This document shows positions 46,288 to 56,442 of a stretch of 64,000 nt of DNA, one piece after another. The notes under the pieces were generated by a model. It worked only from the letters and a program-made list of their open reading frames with translations. It ran no database searches and was not told where the DNA came from. Location of the stretch: contig JBBCHT010000007.1 of the NCBI GenBank assembly GCA_037200085.1, positions 118 to 64,117 on the forward strand, given 5' to 3'. The first letter of the stretch is position 1, and each line of letters begins with the position of its first letter. Origin of the DNA: Actinomycetota bacterium (GTDB taxonomy: Bacteria; Actinomycetota; Actinomycetes; Nanopelagicales; Nanopelagicaceae). A program made the translations under genes and the position numbers.

Positions 46288-46601
46288 GAACGCGCCACTT
46301 AGTTAAATTGTGCACGGCAGTTCTGTTTGTTGCCGTTTTAAGTGGATGTAGCCCCAAACCAACTATTCAAATTACTCAAACATGTGAGGCGTATTTGCAA
46401 GGGTTAAAGCAAACTCAAGCCGGCGCATATCCAAATACAACAGAAGGCAACAAGTTATTTTTTCAACAATTGCAGACTATTAAAGATTTTGGAGATGCCT
46501 CTTCACTGCCAGAGTTAAAGGAGAGCGCCGATGCCATGTTTCAAAGCTGCGACGGATCAGGACCGAACTGCTTTTGTCGCAGCAGGGCAGAGACTCTTTG
46601 A
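46284..46601 (+). CDS. Putative lipoprotein of unknown function
   Basis: GTG 46284. Signal peptide with lipobox VAVLSGC. Confidence 0.4.
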   Translation: MRTRHLVKLCTAVLFVAVLSGCSPKPTIQITQTCEAYLQGLKQTQAGAYPNTTEGNKLFFQQLQTIKDFGDASSLPELKESADAMFQSCDGSGPNCFCRSRAETL

Positions 46602-46663
46602 TACTTGCAAAAAGTACGGGTATAACAAACTTCCCTAATTGAGGCGCGAATTAATTACTTTTT

Positions 46664-47090
46664 TTACGAGTTGACCCCGTACCGCTCCGCCGGGAAATTG
46701 CTTCGTGTGAACATTGAAATAGTACGAACTCGGATTTGCTGCAATGTCCTTAGAAGGGCAGCAGGAACCTTGACGCAATAGGTACCGACTTCGTTGATTT
46801 TTAGGGCATCTATGGTGACGACGATTTCTGCAACGACGCCCTTAAACACCCGTGTGAATATGAGAACCGATGATGTTAGTTAGCCCCTTTGTTGTAACGG
46901 AGGAGCAGATCGTTCCCTTGGTTTTATTAAGAACGAAAGTTCCAGTCGCTGAACCACTCTTTGCTCCGCCTGCTGGTTCATTTGCACCAGTGGCAAAAAC
47001 TTTGAGCGTTGTGACATTGGCTGCGAGAGCAGAAGGCGCTGAAGCAATTGCGATCGCTACGAGAGAGCAAAGGATGAGTGCTTTTTTCAT
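46664..47090 (-). CDS. Secreted CHRD-domain protein; one frameshift near 46845
   Basis: ORFs 46842-47090 (signal peptide, SHIHTG) and 46664-46849. Confidence 0.5.
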
Positions 47091-47206
47091 TCTGGAGGCT
47101 CACATTTCAGAGATTGTGATTGGCGATGCTACTCGCAGGATGTGTGTGGGTCTATGAAATCGATCGTTATTTTACCAGCGCCATTGCGCTCTCCGGGTTA
47201 TCGGAG

Positions 47207-47277
47207 AGCGGGCGACGGGAATCGAACCCGCGCTGTCAGCTTGGGAAGCTGACGTGATGCCATTTCACTACGCCCGC
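47207..47277 (-). tRNA. tRNA-Gly (anticodon CCC), no encoded CCA
   Basis: Reverse complement: GCGGGCG-TA-GTGA...; anticodon stem-loop GTCAGC-TTCCCAA-GCTGAC; T arm GCGGG-TTCGATT-CCCGT; acceptor CGCCCGC. Confidence 0.85.
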
Positions 47278-47325
47278 GGGGGGTCTGTTGGGCAAGCATA
47301 GGCAAGAGAGGTAAAGTCGCCAACC

Positions 47326-47906
47326 GTGCTACTTAGTGATCGTGACATCCGCAAAGAAATAACAGCGAAGCGTGTAATTGTCGAGCCATTCGATGAAGGC
47401 ATGATTCAACCATCAAGTGTTGATGTTCGACTCGATAGATTTTTTAGAGTTTTTGAAAATCACAAGTACTCTCCGTTATTGATCCATCAGTGGAACAAGG
47501 AGAACTCACTCGCGAAGTTGAAGTGGGTGCAAAGGATTATTTCATTTTGCATCCAGGAGAATTTGTTTTAGCAAGTACCTATGAAGTGATCACTCTTCCT
47601 GATGACAATTGCTGGACGCCTTGAAGGCAAATCATCACTTGGTCGATTGGGTTTGCTTACACATTCAACCGCAGGATTTATTGATCCGGGATTTTCAGGA
47701 CATATAACTCTTGAACTTTCCAATGTTGCCAACCTTCCCGTGAAACTCTTTCCAGGAATGAAATCGGACAACTTTGCCTCATCAGACTTTCATCTCCCGC
47801 TGAACATCCCTACGGTTCAGCTCTCTACGGTTCGCGCTACCAAGGCCAACGTGGGCCAACACCAAGCCGCTCCTGGATGAATTTTCATCAAAGCGAGATT
47901 AAATAA
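47326..47906 (+). CDS. dcd: dCTP deaminase; at least 2 frameshifts
   Basis: ORFs 47326-47571 and 47602-47880 plus a tail to TAA 47904-47906. Motifs [46 protein letters not shown]. Confidence 0.85.
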
Positions 47907-47974
47907 GCGCTTCTTACGCTGGGAATTGCACTTCCCACGTTATGACCAACGCCAAAGAGGAGTAAGTTAAAGAT

Positions 47975-48529
47975 ATGAACGCAACTGTAGTCATCTTGGT
48001 AGTCCTAGTCGTCATCGGCATTTTTGTCGTCACTCTCTACAACCGTTTAGTTCGACTAAACGTCAATGTAGACGAGGGCTTTTCGCAGATTGAAGTTCAA
48101 CTCAAGCGACGCTCCGACCTGATTCCAAATTTGGTGGAGACGGTCAAAGGTTATGCGACTCATGAGAGCGCTACCTTTGAAAAAGTTGTAGAAGCTCGCG
48201 CGAAGGCAACTACTGCTACAACCGTGCCAGATGTTGCTGCTGCTGATGGGATGTTGACCCAAGCCCTTCGCGGTTTGCTTGCGGTTGCGGAGAACTATCC
48301 TGATTTGAAAGCATCAGCGAATTTCCTTGCCCTGCAAGAGGAATTGTCGACGACTGAAAATAAAGTTTCCTTCGCTCGTCAGTATTACAACGACAATGTT
48401 CGTGCGCTAAATACTGCGATTAAAACAGTTCCTACATCGTTCTTTGCTGGTATGGCCAAAGTGAGTGCTCGACCATTTTATGAAGTCGATGACCCACAAA
48501 GTCGTCAAGCGCCAACTGTAAAGTTTTAA
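47975..48529 (+). CDS. lemA: LemA-family membrane protein
   Basis: Intact 184-aa ORF. N-terminal TM segment. Motifs YNRLV and QLKRRSDLIPNLVETVKGYA. Confidence 0.85.
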   Translation: MNATVVILVVLVVIGIFVVTLYNRLVRLNVNVDEGFSQIEVQLKRRSDLIPNLVETVKGYATHESATFEKVVEARAKATTATTVPDVAAADGMLTQALRGLLAVAENYPDLKASANFLALQEELSTTENKVSFARQYYNDNVRALNTAIKTVPTSFFAGMAKVSARPFYEVDDPQSRQAPTVKF

Positions 48530-48538
48530 TTCGCTTAC

Positions 48539-49457
48539 ATGGCAGGAGTTTCCTTTCGCGCGGCCGAGAGCGCTAATAAACGTAAAACCATTTTCTTGCT
48601 TGTTGGAATGGGTCTGCTTGTCTGGATAGTTATAGTTGCCGCTCTCAATTACTTTGGTGAGAGCACGGCGGCAATTGTTCCTATTGCTGTTGGTATTTCA
48701 CTATTTTCTATTTGGGGCGCTTATTTTTCTGCAGATAAATTAGTGATGACTATGACTGGGGCAAAGATCATTCAAGAGAGTGATAACCCACAACTCTTCA
48801 ATCTCATTCATGAAGTAACAATTGCTAGCGGTCTACCCATGCCAAAGGTTGCAATTGTCGTTGATGATGCGGCCGAATGCTTTTGCAACGGGAAGAAATC
48901 CTCAACACTCAGTTATTGCATTCACGACAGGAATTCTTCGTGTCATGGATCGTGATCAACTTCAGGGCGTTGTCGCACATGAAATGTCGCATGTTGGCAA
49001 CCGAGACACTTTGGTCTCAGCGGTGGCCGCTACAACGGCGGGTGCGATTGCTATTTTGAGTGACATCTTGACTCGAATGATGTGGTTCGGCGGCGGACGT
49101 CGCAATGATCGAGATAACAATTCAAATCCGATCGCATTAGTGCTTTCACTTGTGATTTTGATTCTCGCCCCGATTGCGGCAGTCCTTCTGAAATCGGCAA
49201 TTTCACGTAGACGAGAAGCGTTAGCCGATGCCACTGCTGTTGCCTTCACTCGCAATCCAGCTGGACTTCGATCGGCGTTGGAAGTTCTCGCTTCAGATTC
49301 GACAGTGGTGCATCAACGCTCTACTGCAGTGGCGCACATTTGGATTGAATCACCGCTAGATGGAAAAGCTGTTTCGCGACTTTTCGATACCCATCCACCA
49401 ATTCAAGAGAGAATTGCGGCGCTTCGTGCGATGGAGAGTTTGGGACCAGCTCAGTAG
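48539..49457 (+). CDS. htpX: M48 zinc metalloprotease HtpX; one frameshift near 48865-48880
   Basis: ORFs 48539-48955 and 48822-49457. Motifs PNAFATGRNP, HEMSHVGNRD (HExxH), THPPIQERI. Confidence 0.85.
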
Positions 49458-49464
49458 ATGTGAA

Positions 49465-51003
49465 TTAGTTTGAATGGTTAATCGGGAAAAAGAGCGTAAA
49501 TGTTGCGCCTTCGCCCAATTTTGAGGTGACACTTACTCGTCCACCGTGGGCTCGCATGACTGCATCAACGATGGCCAATCCCAATCCACTGCCTTCATCT
49601 TTTGAACGTGCACGTGATGGATCGGCGCGGAAGAAGCGCTCAAAGATGCGTTCTTGATCCTCTTCACTCAACCCAGGACCTTTGTCTGAAACAGCAACAG
49701 TTGCTCCATCATCGGAATGAGAAAGGGTCACCGTGATGAGCGTTCCAACAGGTGTGTGAGTTCGTGCATTCGCTAATAAATTGGCTATCACTTGGTGAAT
49801 TCGATTTGAATCTCCCAAAACAAAAACTTCACTCTCGTCGCCTTCGGGATTCACAATATTTATTGGATGATCAGGACCTGCTGCTCGCGCCGAAGCTACT
49901 GCCTCTTCTACTGTGCTGACTAAATCAACGGGATCCTTGATCATTTCTCGCGATTGATCTAGACGCGCAAGAAGAAGTAAATCTTCAACGAGTGAACTCA
50001 TGCGCACAGACTCTTTTTCAATTCTAGAGATCAATTCTTTAGTTTGATCATCTCCAACGACAGCGCCATGGCGATGCAGCTCTGCAAAACCACGGATAGC
50101 GGTGAGTGGCGTTCGCAATTCATGGCTCGCATCGGCAACGAAACGTCGTAGGCGATTCTCACTTTCACTTCGGGCAGCGAAACTTTCTTCAATTCGAGTC
50201 AACATCTGGTTGAGTGAAGTTACTAGTCTTCCAACTTCCGTGTCAGGTTTCGTTTCTGGAAGACGTGCTGAAAGATCTCCCGAAGCAATAGATTCAGCCG
50301 TATTTTCAACTGCCTCAAGTGGCTTTAGCCCGATCTTGATTACTTTTCTCGAAGCAAGTGCGATGAGAAATAGCGCCATTAACCCAATGAAAATAAAGAG
50401 AATTTGAAGTCTTCGTACGGTTTGATCAATATTTTCTAGTGATTGCGCAACCACAACGCTTCCAACAGAGGAAGGTAGGACTCGAGCTAGAACTCGAAAA
50501 TCAGAACCCGGAGCTTTAATCGTGTAAGGCAAGTTTTTATGAGTGATTACTTTGGTGGGAGTTAACCCAAGAATGTAGCGTCCAATTTCTTGTGTATTGA
50601 GATCTCCTCCAACAATTCCAACGATGTTTCCATAAGGATCAAGAAGTGTTACTGACATCGTTGTTGGAACTTGGCGCAGCGGCCTAAGTTGAGAAGAAGG
50701 CGAATTCGCATTCGAATTATCGTCTTGTTCACTCAAGGAGGATGTTGCTGTTATTGGCGGATTATTTTCATCCGGTGCAATGCCAGCTTTATCTAGGCGA
50801 AGTTCGGATCCACCAGCAACGCTCGATAATTGAGTATCAATCTGATCAATTAAATATGAGCGAAGAGCGCTTCGAGCAACGACATCTGATGCAATAAATC
50901 CAAGCGCTGAAAGCACGAGGACACCAACAACGAGTCGATTGCGAAGGCTCCACAAGCTATATCGCCTGTAGCCAATGGAGACGTTCTTCAGTGGGGAAGC
51001 CAT
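49465..51003 (-). CDS. Sensor histidine kinase (TM-sensor-HAMP-HisKA-HATPase)
   Basis: Intact 512-aa ORF. H-box SHELRTPLTAIRG. N/G boxes NLLANARTHT and DKGPGL...GSGLGLAIV. Confidence 0.85.
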   Translation of the reverse strand: MASPLKNVSIGYRRYSLWSLRNRLVVGVLVLSALGFIASDVVARSALRSYLIDQIDTQLSSVAGGSELRLDKAGIAPDENNPPITATSSLSEQDDNSNANSPSSQLRPLRQVPTTMSVTLLDPYGNIVGIVGGDLNTQEIGRYILGLTPTKVITHKNLPYTIKAPGSDFRVLARVLPSSVGSVVVAQSLENIDQTVRRLQILFIFIGLMALFLIALASRKVIKIGLKPLEAVENTAESIASGDLSARLPETKPDTEVGRLVTSLNQMLTRIEESFAARSESENRLRRFVADASHELRTPLTAIRGFAELHRHGAVVGDDQTKELISRIEKESVRMSSLVEDLLLLARLDQSREMIKDPVDLVSTVEEAVASARAAGPDHPINIVNPEGDESEVFVLGDSNRIHQVIANLLANARTHTPVGTLITVTLSHSDDGATVAVSDKGPGLSEEDQERIFERFFRADPSRARSKDEGSGLGLAIVDAVMRAHGGRVSVTSKLGEGATFTLFFPINHSN

Positions 51004-51043
51004 AGTGCCTTGAGTTTAATTGGAGTTAATTGAAAAAGTTTTA

Positions 51044-51787
51044 TTACTTCTTCGGTGGCATCCGTAGTCGATAGCCAACTCCACGAACTGTGTGAATTAG
51101 CGGTGGATCAAATATGTCGATCTTCTTTCGAAGGTAAGAGACATACGTTTCGACAATTCCAGCATCGCCACGGAAGTCGTACTGCCAGACGTGGTCGAGA
51201 ATCTGTGCCTTCGATACCACTCGATCAGCGTTGATGAGGAGGTAACGAAGCAAAAGGAATTCTGTTGGTGAGAGATCGATGAGTTGGCCAGCGCGACGAA
51301 CTTCATGTGTGGCTTCATCAAGTTCAAGATCGGCGAAGCGAATTTTTTCATCGTCGAGAGGCATCTCAATGGCGCCTGTTCGACGAAGAAGTGCGCGGAG
51401 ACGTGCAACGAGCTCTTCAAGGCTAAAAGGCTTAGTCATGTAGTCATCGCCACCGATAGTGAGTCCGGCGACTTTGTCTTCCATTCCATCTTTCGCAGTT
51501 AGGAAGAGGACTCCGACGTTATGTCCCTCTGTGCGCAGTTGGCGGCAGACTTCGAAGCCATCTAGGTCAGGCAACATCACGTCGAGCACGATGGCATGGG
51601 GCTGGAATTCCTCGGCCACCTGGAGAGCTTGAGCTCCATTGGCTGCAGTTCGAACATCAAAGCCAACAAAGCGAAGGCTGGTAGAGATTAAGTCGTTGAT
51701 GCTGGATTCATCATCCACCACCAAAATTCGATGGGTTGTTACTTCCTTTGTATCTGATTGTCCTGTGCGCTCTTTGAGAGTCGTCAT
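51044..51787 (-). CDS. OmpR/PhoB-family response regulator
   Basis: Intact ORF. ILVVDDE, DVMLPDLDG, and a winged-helix C-terminus (RGVGYRL). Start chosen at ATG 51787 after GAGGTG; the ORF maximum is 51808. Confidence 0.85.
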   Translation of the reverse strand: MTTLKERTGQSDTKEVTTHRILVVDDESSINDLISTSLRFVGFDVRTAANGAQALQVAEEFQPHAIVLDVMLPDLDGFEVCRQLRTEGHNVGVLFLTAKDGMEDKVAGLTIGGDDYMTKPFSLEELVARLRALLRRTGAIEMPLDDEKIRFADLELDEATHEVRRAGQLIDLSPTEFLLLRYLLINADRVVSKAQILDHVWQYDFRGDAGIVETYVSYLRKKIDIFDPPLIHTVRGVGYRLRMPPKK

Positions 51788-51846
51788 TGTTATCACCTCG
51801 AGACGCATACTGCCCTCAAAGTCTGGGAGCTATCTGAGAATAGCCC

Positions 51847-53922
51847 TTATGTGCTCTGTGGTTTTACGCTCCGCAGAAGAATTTGGGCTACGTCAAGGAC
51901 CTCAGTTTCACTTTCGCGGGCGGTGACTCCGTCACCGACCATTACTCGACAGAAGGGGCAGGCGACTGCGACTTCTTCAGCGCCAGTGGCGAGGGCCTCA
52001 TCGACGCGATTGAGATTGATGCGGGTTCCAATTTTTTCTTCAACCCACATTCGACCGCCACCGCCACCGCAACAAAATGATCTCTCCTGATTGCGCGGCA
52101 TTTCTGTAATTGTCATACCACTGGCTTGCAGTAGCTCTCGAGGCGGAGCATAAACCTGATTGTGACGACCAAGATAACAAGGGTCGTGATACGTCAACGT
52201 CTTCTGGTTCTGAGTTGCAATTGGCTTGAGTTTTCCTTCCTTAACTAATTGGTTGAGAAGTTGAGTGTGATGAATCATGGTCAATTCAAATCCACTCTGC
52301 GCATAATCTCGACCGATTGTTGTAAAGCAATGTGGGCATGTGACAACAATCTTTTTCTCGCCCTTATCTTTCTTTCCAGCGAATACTTCTTCAAAGGTAT
52401 CGATATTTTCCTTTGCCAAAATTTGATAGAGAAATTCATTTCCGGTTCTTCGAGCAGGATCCCCCGTACAAGTCTCTTTCTTGCCTAATACTGCAAAAGT
52501 AACTCCGGACATGTAGAGCAATTCTGCGACCGCTTTAGTTGTTCGTTTTGCTCTATCTTCATAAGCACCAGCACATCCGACCCAGAATAAATACTCAACA
52601 TCATCCGGAAGTTGTCCTTCAACAACTCGGACTGGAAAATCACATTCTGCTATCCATGATTCTCTATCAGTTCGATTTGCTCCCCAAGGATTTCCCGAGT
52701 TTTCCATATTGCGAAATGTTCCGGTGAGTTCATTTGGAAATTCTGATTCGACAAGAACTTGGAATCTACGCATATTTACAATGTGATCAATGTGTTCGAT
52801 ATCAACTGGACATTCATTGACGCAGGCACCGCAGGTTGTGCAAGACCATAAAACATCGAGTGAGATAGGAGCGTTTTCACCAACCATTGCTTCGGTTTCA
52901 ACAACTTTGGACATCGCATGATCGCGCATAGCCATAATGAGAAGCTTGGGAGATAGCGGTTTATCAGTGTGCCACGCTGGGCATTGCGACTGACACCGTC
53001 CGCACTCGGTGCAGCTCGTCATATCGAGCAGACCTTTCCACGAAATATCTGCTCGAGTACCTAAACCAAAAATGTCTTCCTCTGCGGGATCTTCAAAGTC
53101 AATGGGATGGCCGTGCGACAACATGACAGGAAGTTCGCCAAGAGAATGAGAACCATCGCTATGTCGTTTGTAATAGATGTTGAAGAAGGCAAGTAAACGG
53201 TGCCAAGCAATTCCCATTGTTAAGTTTTGAGCGAGGACGATAAACCACGTCATGGAGATGACAATTTTTATTGTTGCAATTATTTGGATCCAAGAAATTA
53301 TTGAGGCGAGTGACATTTCTTTGAAAATAAGAACTACACGCCATGAAAATGGATAGTGCCAGGTAAATCCAGTTTCATTGGAGAGCGCACCTTCTAGTCC
53401 ACGGAGCGCAACTTCACAAAATACGATGGCAACAATCGTTGCCTCAATGTAATAAGCCTTCCAGGAACCTGATTTAAAGAATCGGTTCGCACGTCCTTTA
53501 CGAAAAATACGAGTGAATTGTCGGATGCCAATCAAGGTAACAATTCCAATTCCAGTGAGAATGGTGATGAGCTCAATGAAATATTCGTAAGGCTTGAAAT
53601 CTCCAATAAATGGAAGTGAGAAATATGGATCAATAACTTGGCCATATGCACTTACGAGAGTTCCAAATAAAGTTAAGAAACCAATCATCACTACCCAGTG
53701 AGCCATTCCTGTGCCGGTGAAGTTCAACATCTTTGTGTGGCCAAAGACTTCCTTCAACATATGCGCTAAACGCGATCCTCGAGCGCTCTTGCGAGTGGGG
53801 TCGGGTTGTCCTGTTCGATAGATGGCGAGAAGTTGTCGTCCTCTGATGTAGAGCAGCGCTAAGGCAACGATCGTTATTCCGTAAGCAATTTTTGGAAGTA
53901 CGAAGTCGAGGGAAAGGAACAT
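51847..53922 (-). CDS. Membrane-anchored (Fe-S)-binding oxidoreductase with two 4Fe-4S motifs and CCG domains (Rv0338c/HdrD/GlpC-like)
   Basis: Intact from ATG 53920-53922 (MFLSLDF...). Five or more TM segments. Motifs CTECGRCQSQCP, CTTCGACVNECP, CCGGGGG. The upstream 107 codons of ORF 51847-54243 overlap dnaK and are discounted. Confidence 0.75.
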   Translation of the reverse strand: MFLSLDFVLPKIAYGITIVALALLYIRGRQLLAIYRTGQPDPTRKSARGSRLAHMLKEVFGHTKMLNFTGTGMAHWVVMIGFLTLFGTLVSAYGQVIDPYFSLPFIGDFKPYEYFIELITILTGIGIVTLIGIRQFTRIFRKGRANRFFKSGSWKAYYIEATIVAIVFCEVALRGLEGALSNETGFTWHYPFSWRVVLIFKEMSLASIISWIQIIATIKIVISMTWFIVLAQNLTMGIAWHRLLAFFNIYYKRHSDGSHSLGELPVMLSHGHPIDFEDPAEEDIFGLGTRADISWKGLLDMTSCTECGRCQSQCPAWHTDKPLSPKLLIMAMRDHAMSKVVETEAMVGENAPISLDVLWSCTTCGACVNECPVDIEHIDHIVNMRRFQVLVESEFPNELTGTFRNMENSGNPWGANRTDRESWIAECDFPVRVVEGQLPDDVEYLFWVGCAGAYEDRAKRTTKAVAELLYMSGVTFAVLGKKETCTGDPARRTGNEFLYQILAKENIDTFEEVFAGKKDKGEKKIVVTCPHCFTTIGRDYAQSGFELTMIHHTQLLNQLVKEGKLKPIATQNQKTLTYHDPCYLGRHNQVYAPPRELLQASGMTITEMPRNQERSFCCGGGGGRMWVEEKIGTRINLNRVDEALATGAEEVAVACPFCRVMVGDGVTARESETEVLDVAQILLRSVKPQST

Positions 53923-53998
53923 AGGTGTGAGGCTAGCCGAGAGATTTCGTGGAGTCTGGAATAAAGGCTCCAATCTGACTGTTCTCTGATTAGATAAC

Positions 53999-54019
53999 CT
54001 TGAGTCGACTCGACTCAAC
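53999..54019. promoter_or_regulatory. HAIR (HspR-associated inverted repeat) operator upstream of dnaK
   Basis: CTTGAGT-cgactcg-ACTCAAC versus consensus CTTGAGT-N7-ACTCAAG. TTGACA lies at 54023-54028. hspR is the last gene of the operon. Confidence 0.8.
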
Positions 54020-54112
54020 CTTTTGACAAAAGGCGGCGCAAGGTTGAAAATTAGGTATGGCTCGCAGCCTTGCGCGTAGAGCCCCAAGGAAAGAAGAAAA
54101 AGGAGCACCACA

Positions 54113-55939
54113 ATGTCAAGAGCAGTCGGAATCGACTTAGGAACCACCAATAGTTGCGTATCTGTCCTCGAAGGTGGGGAGCCTACGGTGATTGCCAACG
54201 CTGAAGGGGCACGAACGACCCCTTCGATCGTGGCATTCGCCAAAAATGGCGAAGTTCTCGTCGGTGAAGTGGCTAAACGCCAGTCGGTGACAAATGTTGA
54301 GCGAACAATCCGCTCAGTTAAGCGTCACATGGGAACGTCATGGAATACCGATATCGATGGCAAGAAGTACACCCCTCAGGAGATCAGCGCCAGAATTTTG
54401 CAGAAGCTCAAGCGCGATGCTGAGTCATATTTAGGAGAGACAGTGACGGATGCCGTCATCACTGTTCCCGCATATTTCAACGATGCCCAACGTCAAGCAA
54501 CAAAGGAAGCTGGAGAAATTGCCGGCCTCAATGTTCTTCGAATTATCAATGAACCAACGGCAGCAGCTTTGGCTTACGGCCTTGATAAGGGCGACAAAGA
54601 ACAGACCATTCTCGTCTTCGACTTGGGTGGTGGAACTTTCGACGTTTCACTTCTTGAAATCGGCGAAGGTGTTGTTGAAGTTAAGGCAACCAATGGTGAT
54701 AACCACCTTGGTGGCGATGATTGGGATCAAGCACTTGTCGATCACCTAGTCAAAACTTTCGGTTCGAAGAATGGAATCGATCTCACAAAAGACAAGATGG
54801 CGATGCAACGAATTCGTGAAGCAGCGGAGAAGGCAAAGATCGAACTCTCTTCTTCTCAACAAGCATCAATCAACTTGCCTTACATCACTGTTGACGCAGA
54901 AAAGAATCCACTCTTCTTGGATGAAACTCTTACTCGGGCACAATTCCAAACAATGACAGCGGATTTGCTCGAGCGTTGCAAGAAGCCGTTCCAATCCGTA
55001 TTGAAGGATGCCGGAATTCCTGTATCTGACATTCATCACGTCGTACTTGTTGGTGGATCAACACGTATGCCCGCAGTTGTTGATTTGGTACGTAGCTTAA
55101 CTGGCGGTCGCGAACCAAATAAAGGTGTGAACCCAGATGAAGTTGTTGCAGTAGGTGCATCTCTTCAAGCTGGTGTTCTTAAAGGTGAAGTTAAAGATGT
55201 TCTTCTCTTGGATGTCACACCACTTTCATTGGGAATCGAAACAAAGGGTGGCGTCATGACTCGCCTTATCGAAAGAAATACAACTATCCCAACGAAGCGA
55301 AGCGAAATTTTCACAACGGCCGATGACAATCAGCCTGCAGTTCAAATTCAAGCATTCCAAGGTGAGCGCGAAATGGCTGCTTACAACAAGAAACTCGGAA
55401 TGTTCGAATTAACTGGACTTCCACCTGCACCTCGCGGCATTCCTCAGATCGAAGTTACCTTCGATATTGATGCAAACGGAATTGTTCACGTCTCTGCAAA
55501 AGATCTTGGAACTGGAAAAGAGCAGAGAATGACCATTACTGGTGGCTCTGCACTATCAAAGGATGAGATCGATCGCATGATGAAGGATGCCGAAGCTCAC
55601 GCTGAAGAGGATCGTCAGCGAAAAGAAGAGGCAGAGATTCGCAATACTGGCGACACACTTCTCTATCAAACCGAGAAATTCATCGCTGAAAATAGCGAAA
55701 AACTTAGCGAAGGCGACGTTGCAACCAAGAAAGCTGAAACAGAGGAAGCTCTTGCTGAATTGAAAACTGCTCTCGGTGGCGCTAATTTCGAGATGATTAA
55801 GAGCGCGACGGAGAAAGTTTCAACTCTTAGCCAAGCACTCGGTGCAGCGCTCTACGCATCAAGTGCCGCGACCGCTCAAGGAGCCGATGGTTCAGCCAAC
55901 GAAGATCATGTCCAAGACGCAGAGATCGTCGAAGAGTAA
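54113..55939 (+). CDS. dnaK: Molecular chaperone DnaK (Hsp70)
   Basis: Intact 608-aa ORF. Motifs GIDLGTTNS and [17 protein letters not shown] upstream. Confidence 0.97.
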   Translation: MSRAVGIDLGTTNSCVSVLEGGEPTVIANAEGARTTPSIVAFAKNGEVLVGEVAKRQSVTNVERTIRSVKRHMGTSWNTDIDGKKYTPQEISARILQKLKRDAESYLGETVTDAVITVPAYFNDAQRQATKEAGEIAGLNVLRIINEPTAAALAYGLDKGDKEQTILVFDLGGGTFDVSLLEIGEGVVEVKATNGDNHLGGDDWDQALVDHLVKTFGSKNGIDLTKDKMAMQRIREAAEKAKIELSSSQQASINLPYITVDAEKNPLFLDETLTRAQFQTMTADLLERCKKPFQSVLKDAGIPVSDIHHVVLVGGSTRMPAVVDLVRSLTGGREPNKGVNPDEVVAVGASLQAGVLKGEVKDVLLLDVTPLSLGIETKGGVMTRLIERNTTIPTKRSEIFTTADDNQPAVQIQAFQGEREMAAYNKKLGMFELTGLPPAPRGIPQIEVTFDIDANGIVHVSAKDLGTGKEQRMTITGGSALSKDEIDRMMKDAEAHAEEDRQRKEEAEIRNTGDTLLYQTEKFIAENSEKLSEGDVATKKAETEEALAELKTALGGANFEMIKSATEKVSTLSQALGAALYASSAATAQGADGSANEDHVQDAEIVEE

Positions 55940-56439
55940 TGAGCGAAGTTGGCTCAGTGGAAGAAGTTCCAACTGAAAAACTTGAAAGCGTTGGAAAAGT
56001 AGAAGATGGTCTAGTTCAGGATGCCGAGACACAACTCGGCATCCTGACTTCAGATCTTCAACGCCTCCAAGCCGAGTACTCAAATTATCGAAAGCGTGTT
56101 GAGCGCGATCGCGCCTTGGCTCATGAGTTGGCCGTTGCCTCTGTCCTTAGTGAACTTCTCTCTATCTTTGATGATTTGGATCGAGCGAAAGCTCATGATG
56201 AATTGCAAGGTGGATTTAAATCTGTCGCAGATCAACTATCCAATGTGGCAAGTAAATTAGGACTCGAGCAATTTGGTGAGGCAGGAAGTGCATTCGATCC
56301 TCAGATTCACGAGGCGTTGATGCATTCAACTTCACCTGATGTGAAGAGACCAACAGCGACTGCGATTTTGCAATCGGGCTATCGCTATAAGAATCGAATT
56401 CTTCGCCCGGCTCGCGTAGCTGTAACGGATCCCGAGTAA
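55939..56439 (+). CDS. grpE: Nucleotide exchange factor GrpE
   Basis: Intact 166-aa ORF. Motifs YSNYRKRVERD and FDPQIHEA. Abuts the dnaK stop. Confidence 0.9.
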   Translation: MSEVGSVEEVPTEKLESVGKVEDGLVQDAETQLGILTSDLQRLQAEYSNYRKRVERDRALAHELAVASVLSELLSIFDDLDRAKAHDELQGGFKSVADQLSNVASKLGLEQFGEAGSAFDPQIHEALMHSTSPDVKRPTATAILQSGYRYKNRILRPARVAVTDPE

Positions 56440-56442
56440 TAG

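Noticed and set aside
47187-47210. Hairpin GCTCTCCG-GGTTA-TCGGAGAGC downstream of tRNA-Gly as a terminator.
   Set aside because: No U-tract follows on the transcribed (minus) strand, and the stem overlaps the tRNA 3' end. The evidence is insufficient.
1-49000. Interpreting the many split genes as true pseudogenes of a degenerating genome.
   Set aside because: Essential single-copy genes (dnaB, ssb, rpsR, rplI, holB) are hit. All hand-resolved lesions are 1-nt changes in homopolymers. There is no accompanying loss of conserved residues or in-frame stop accumulation within the correct frames.
53923-54243. The N-terminal 107 codons of the 798-aa minus-strand ORF 51847-54243 extend over the dnaK promoter and the first 130 nt of dnaK.
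   Set aside because: The extension is low-complexity, covers the HAIR operator, and runs antisense to a highly conserved gene. A good internal ATG (53920-53922) begins the hydrophobic domain, so the extension is treated as spurious.
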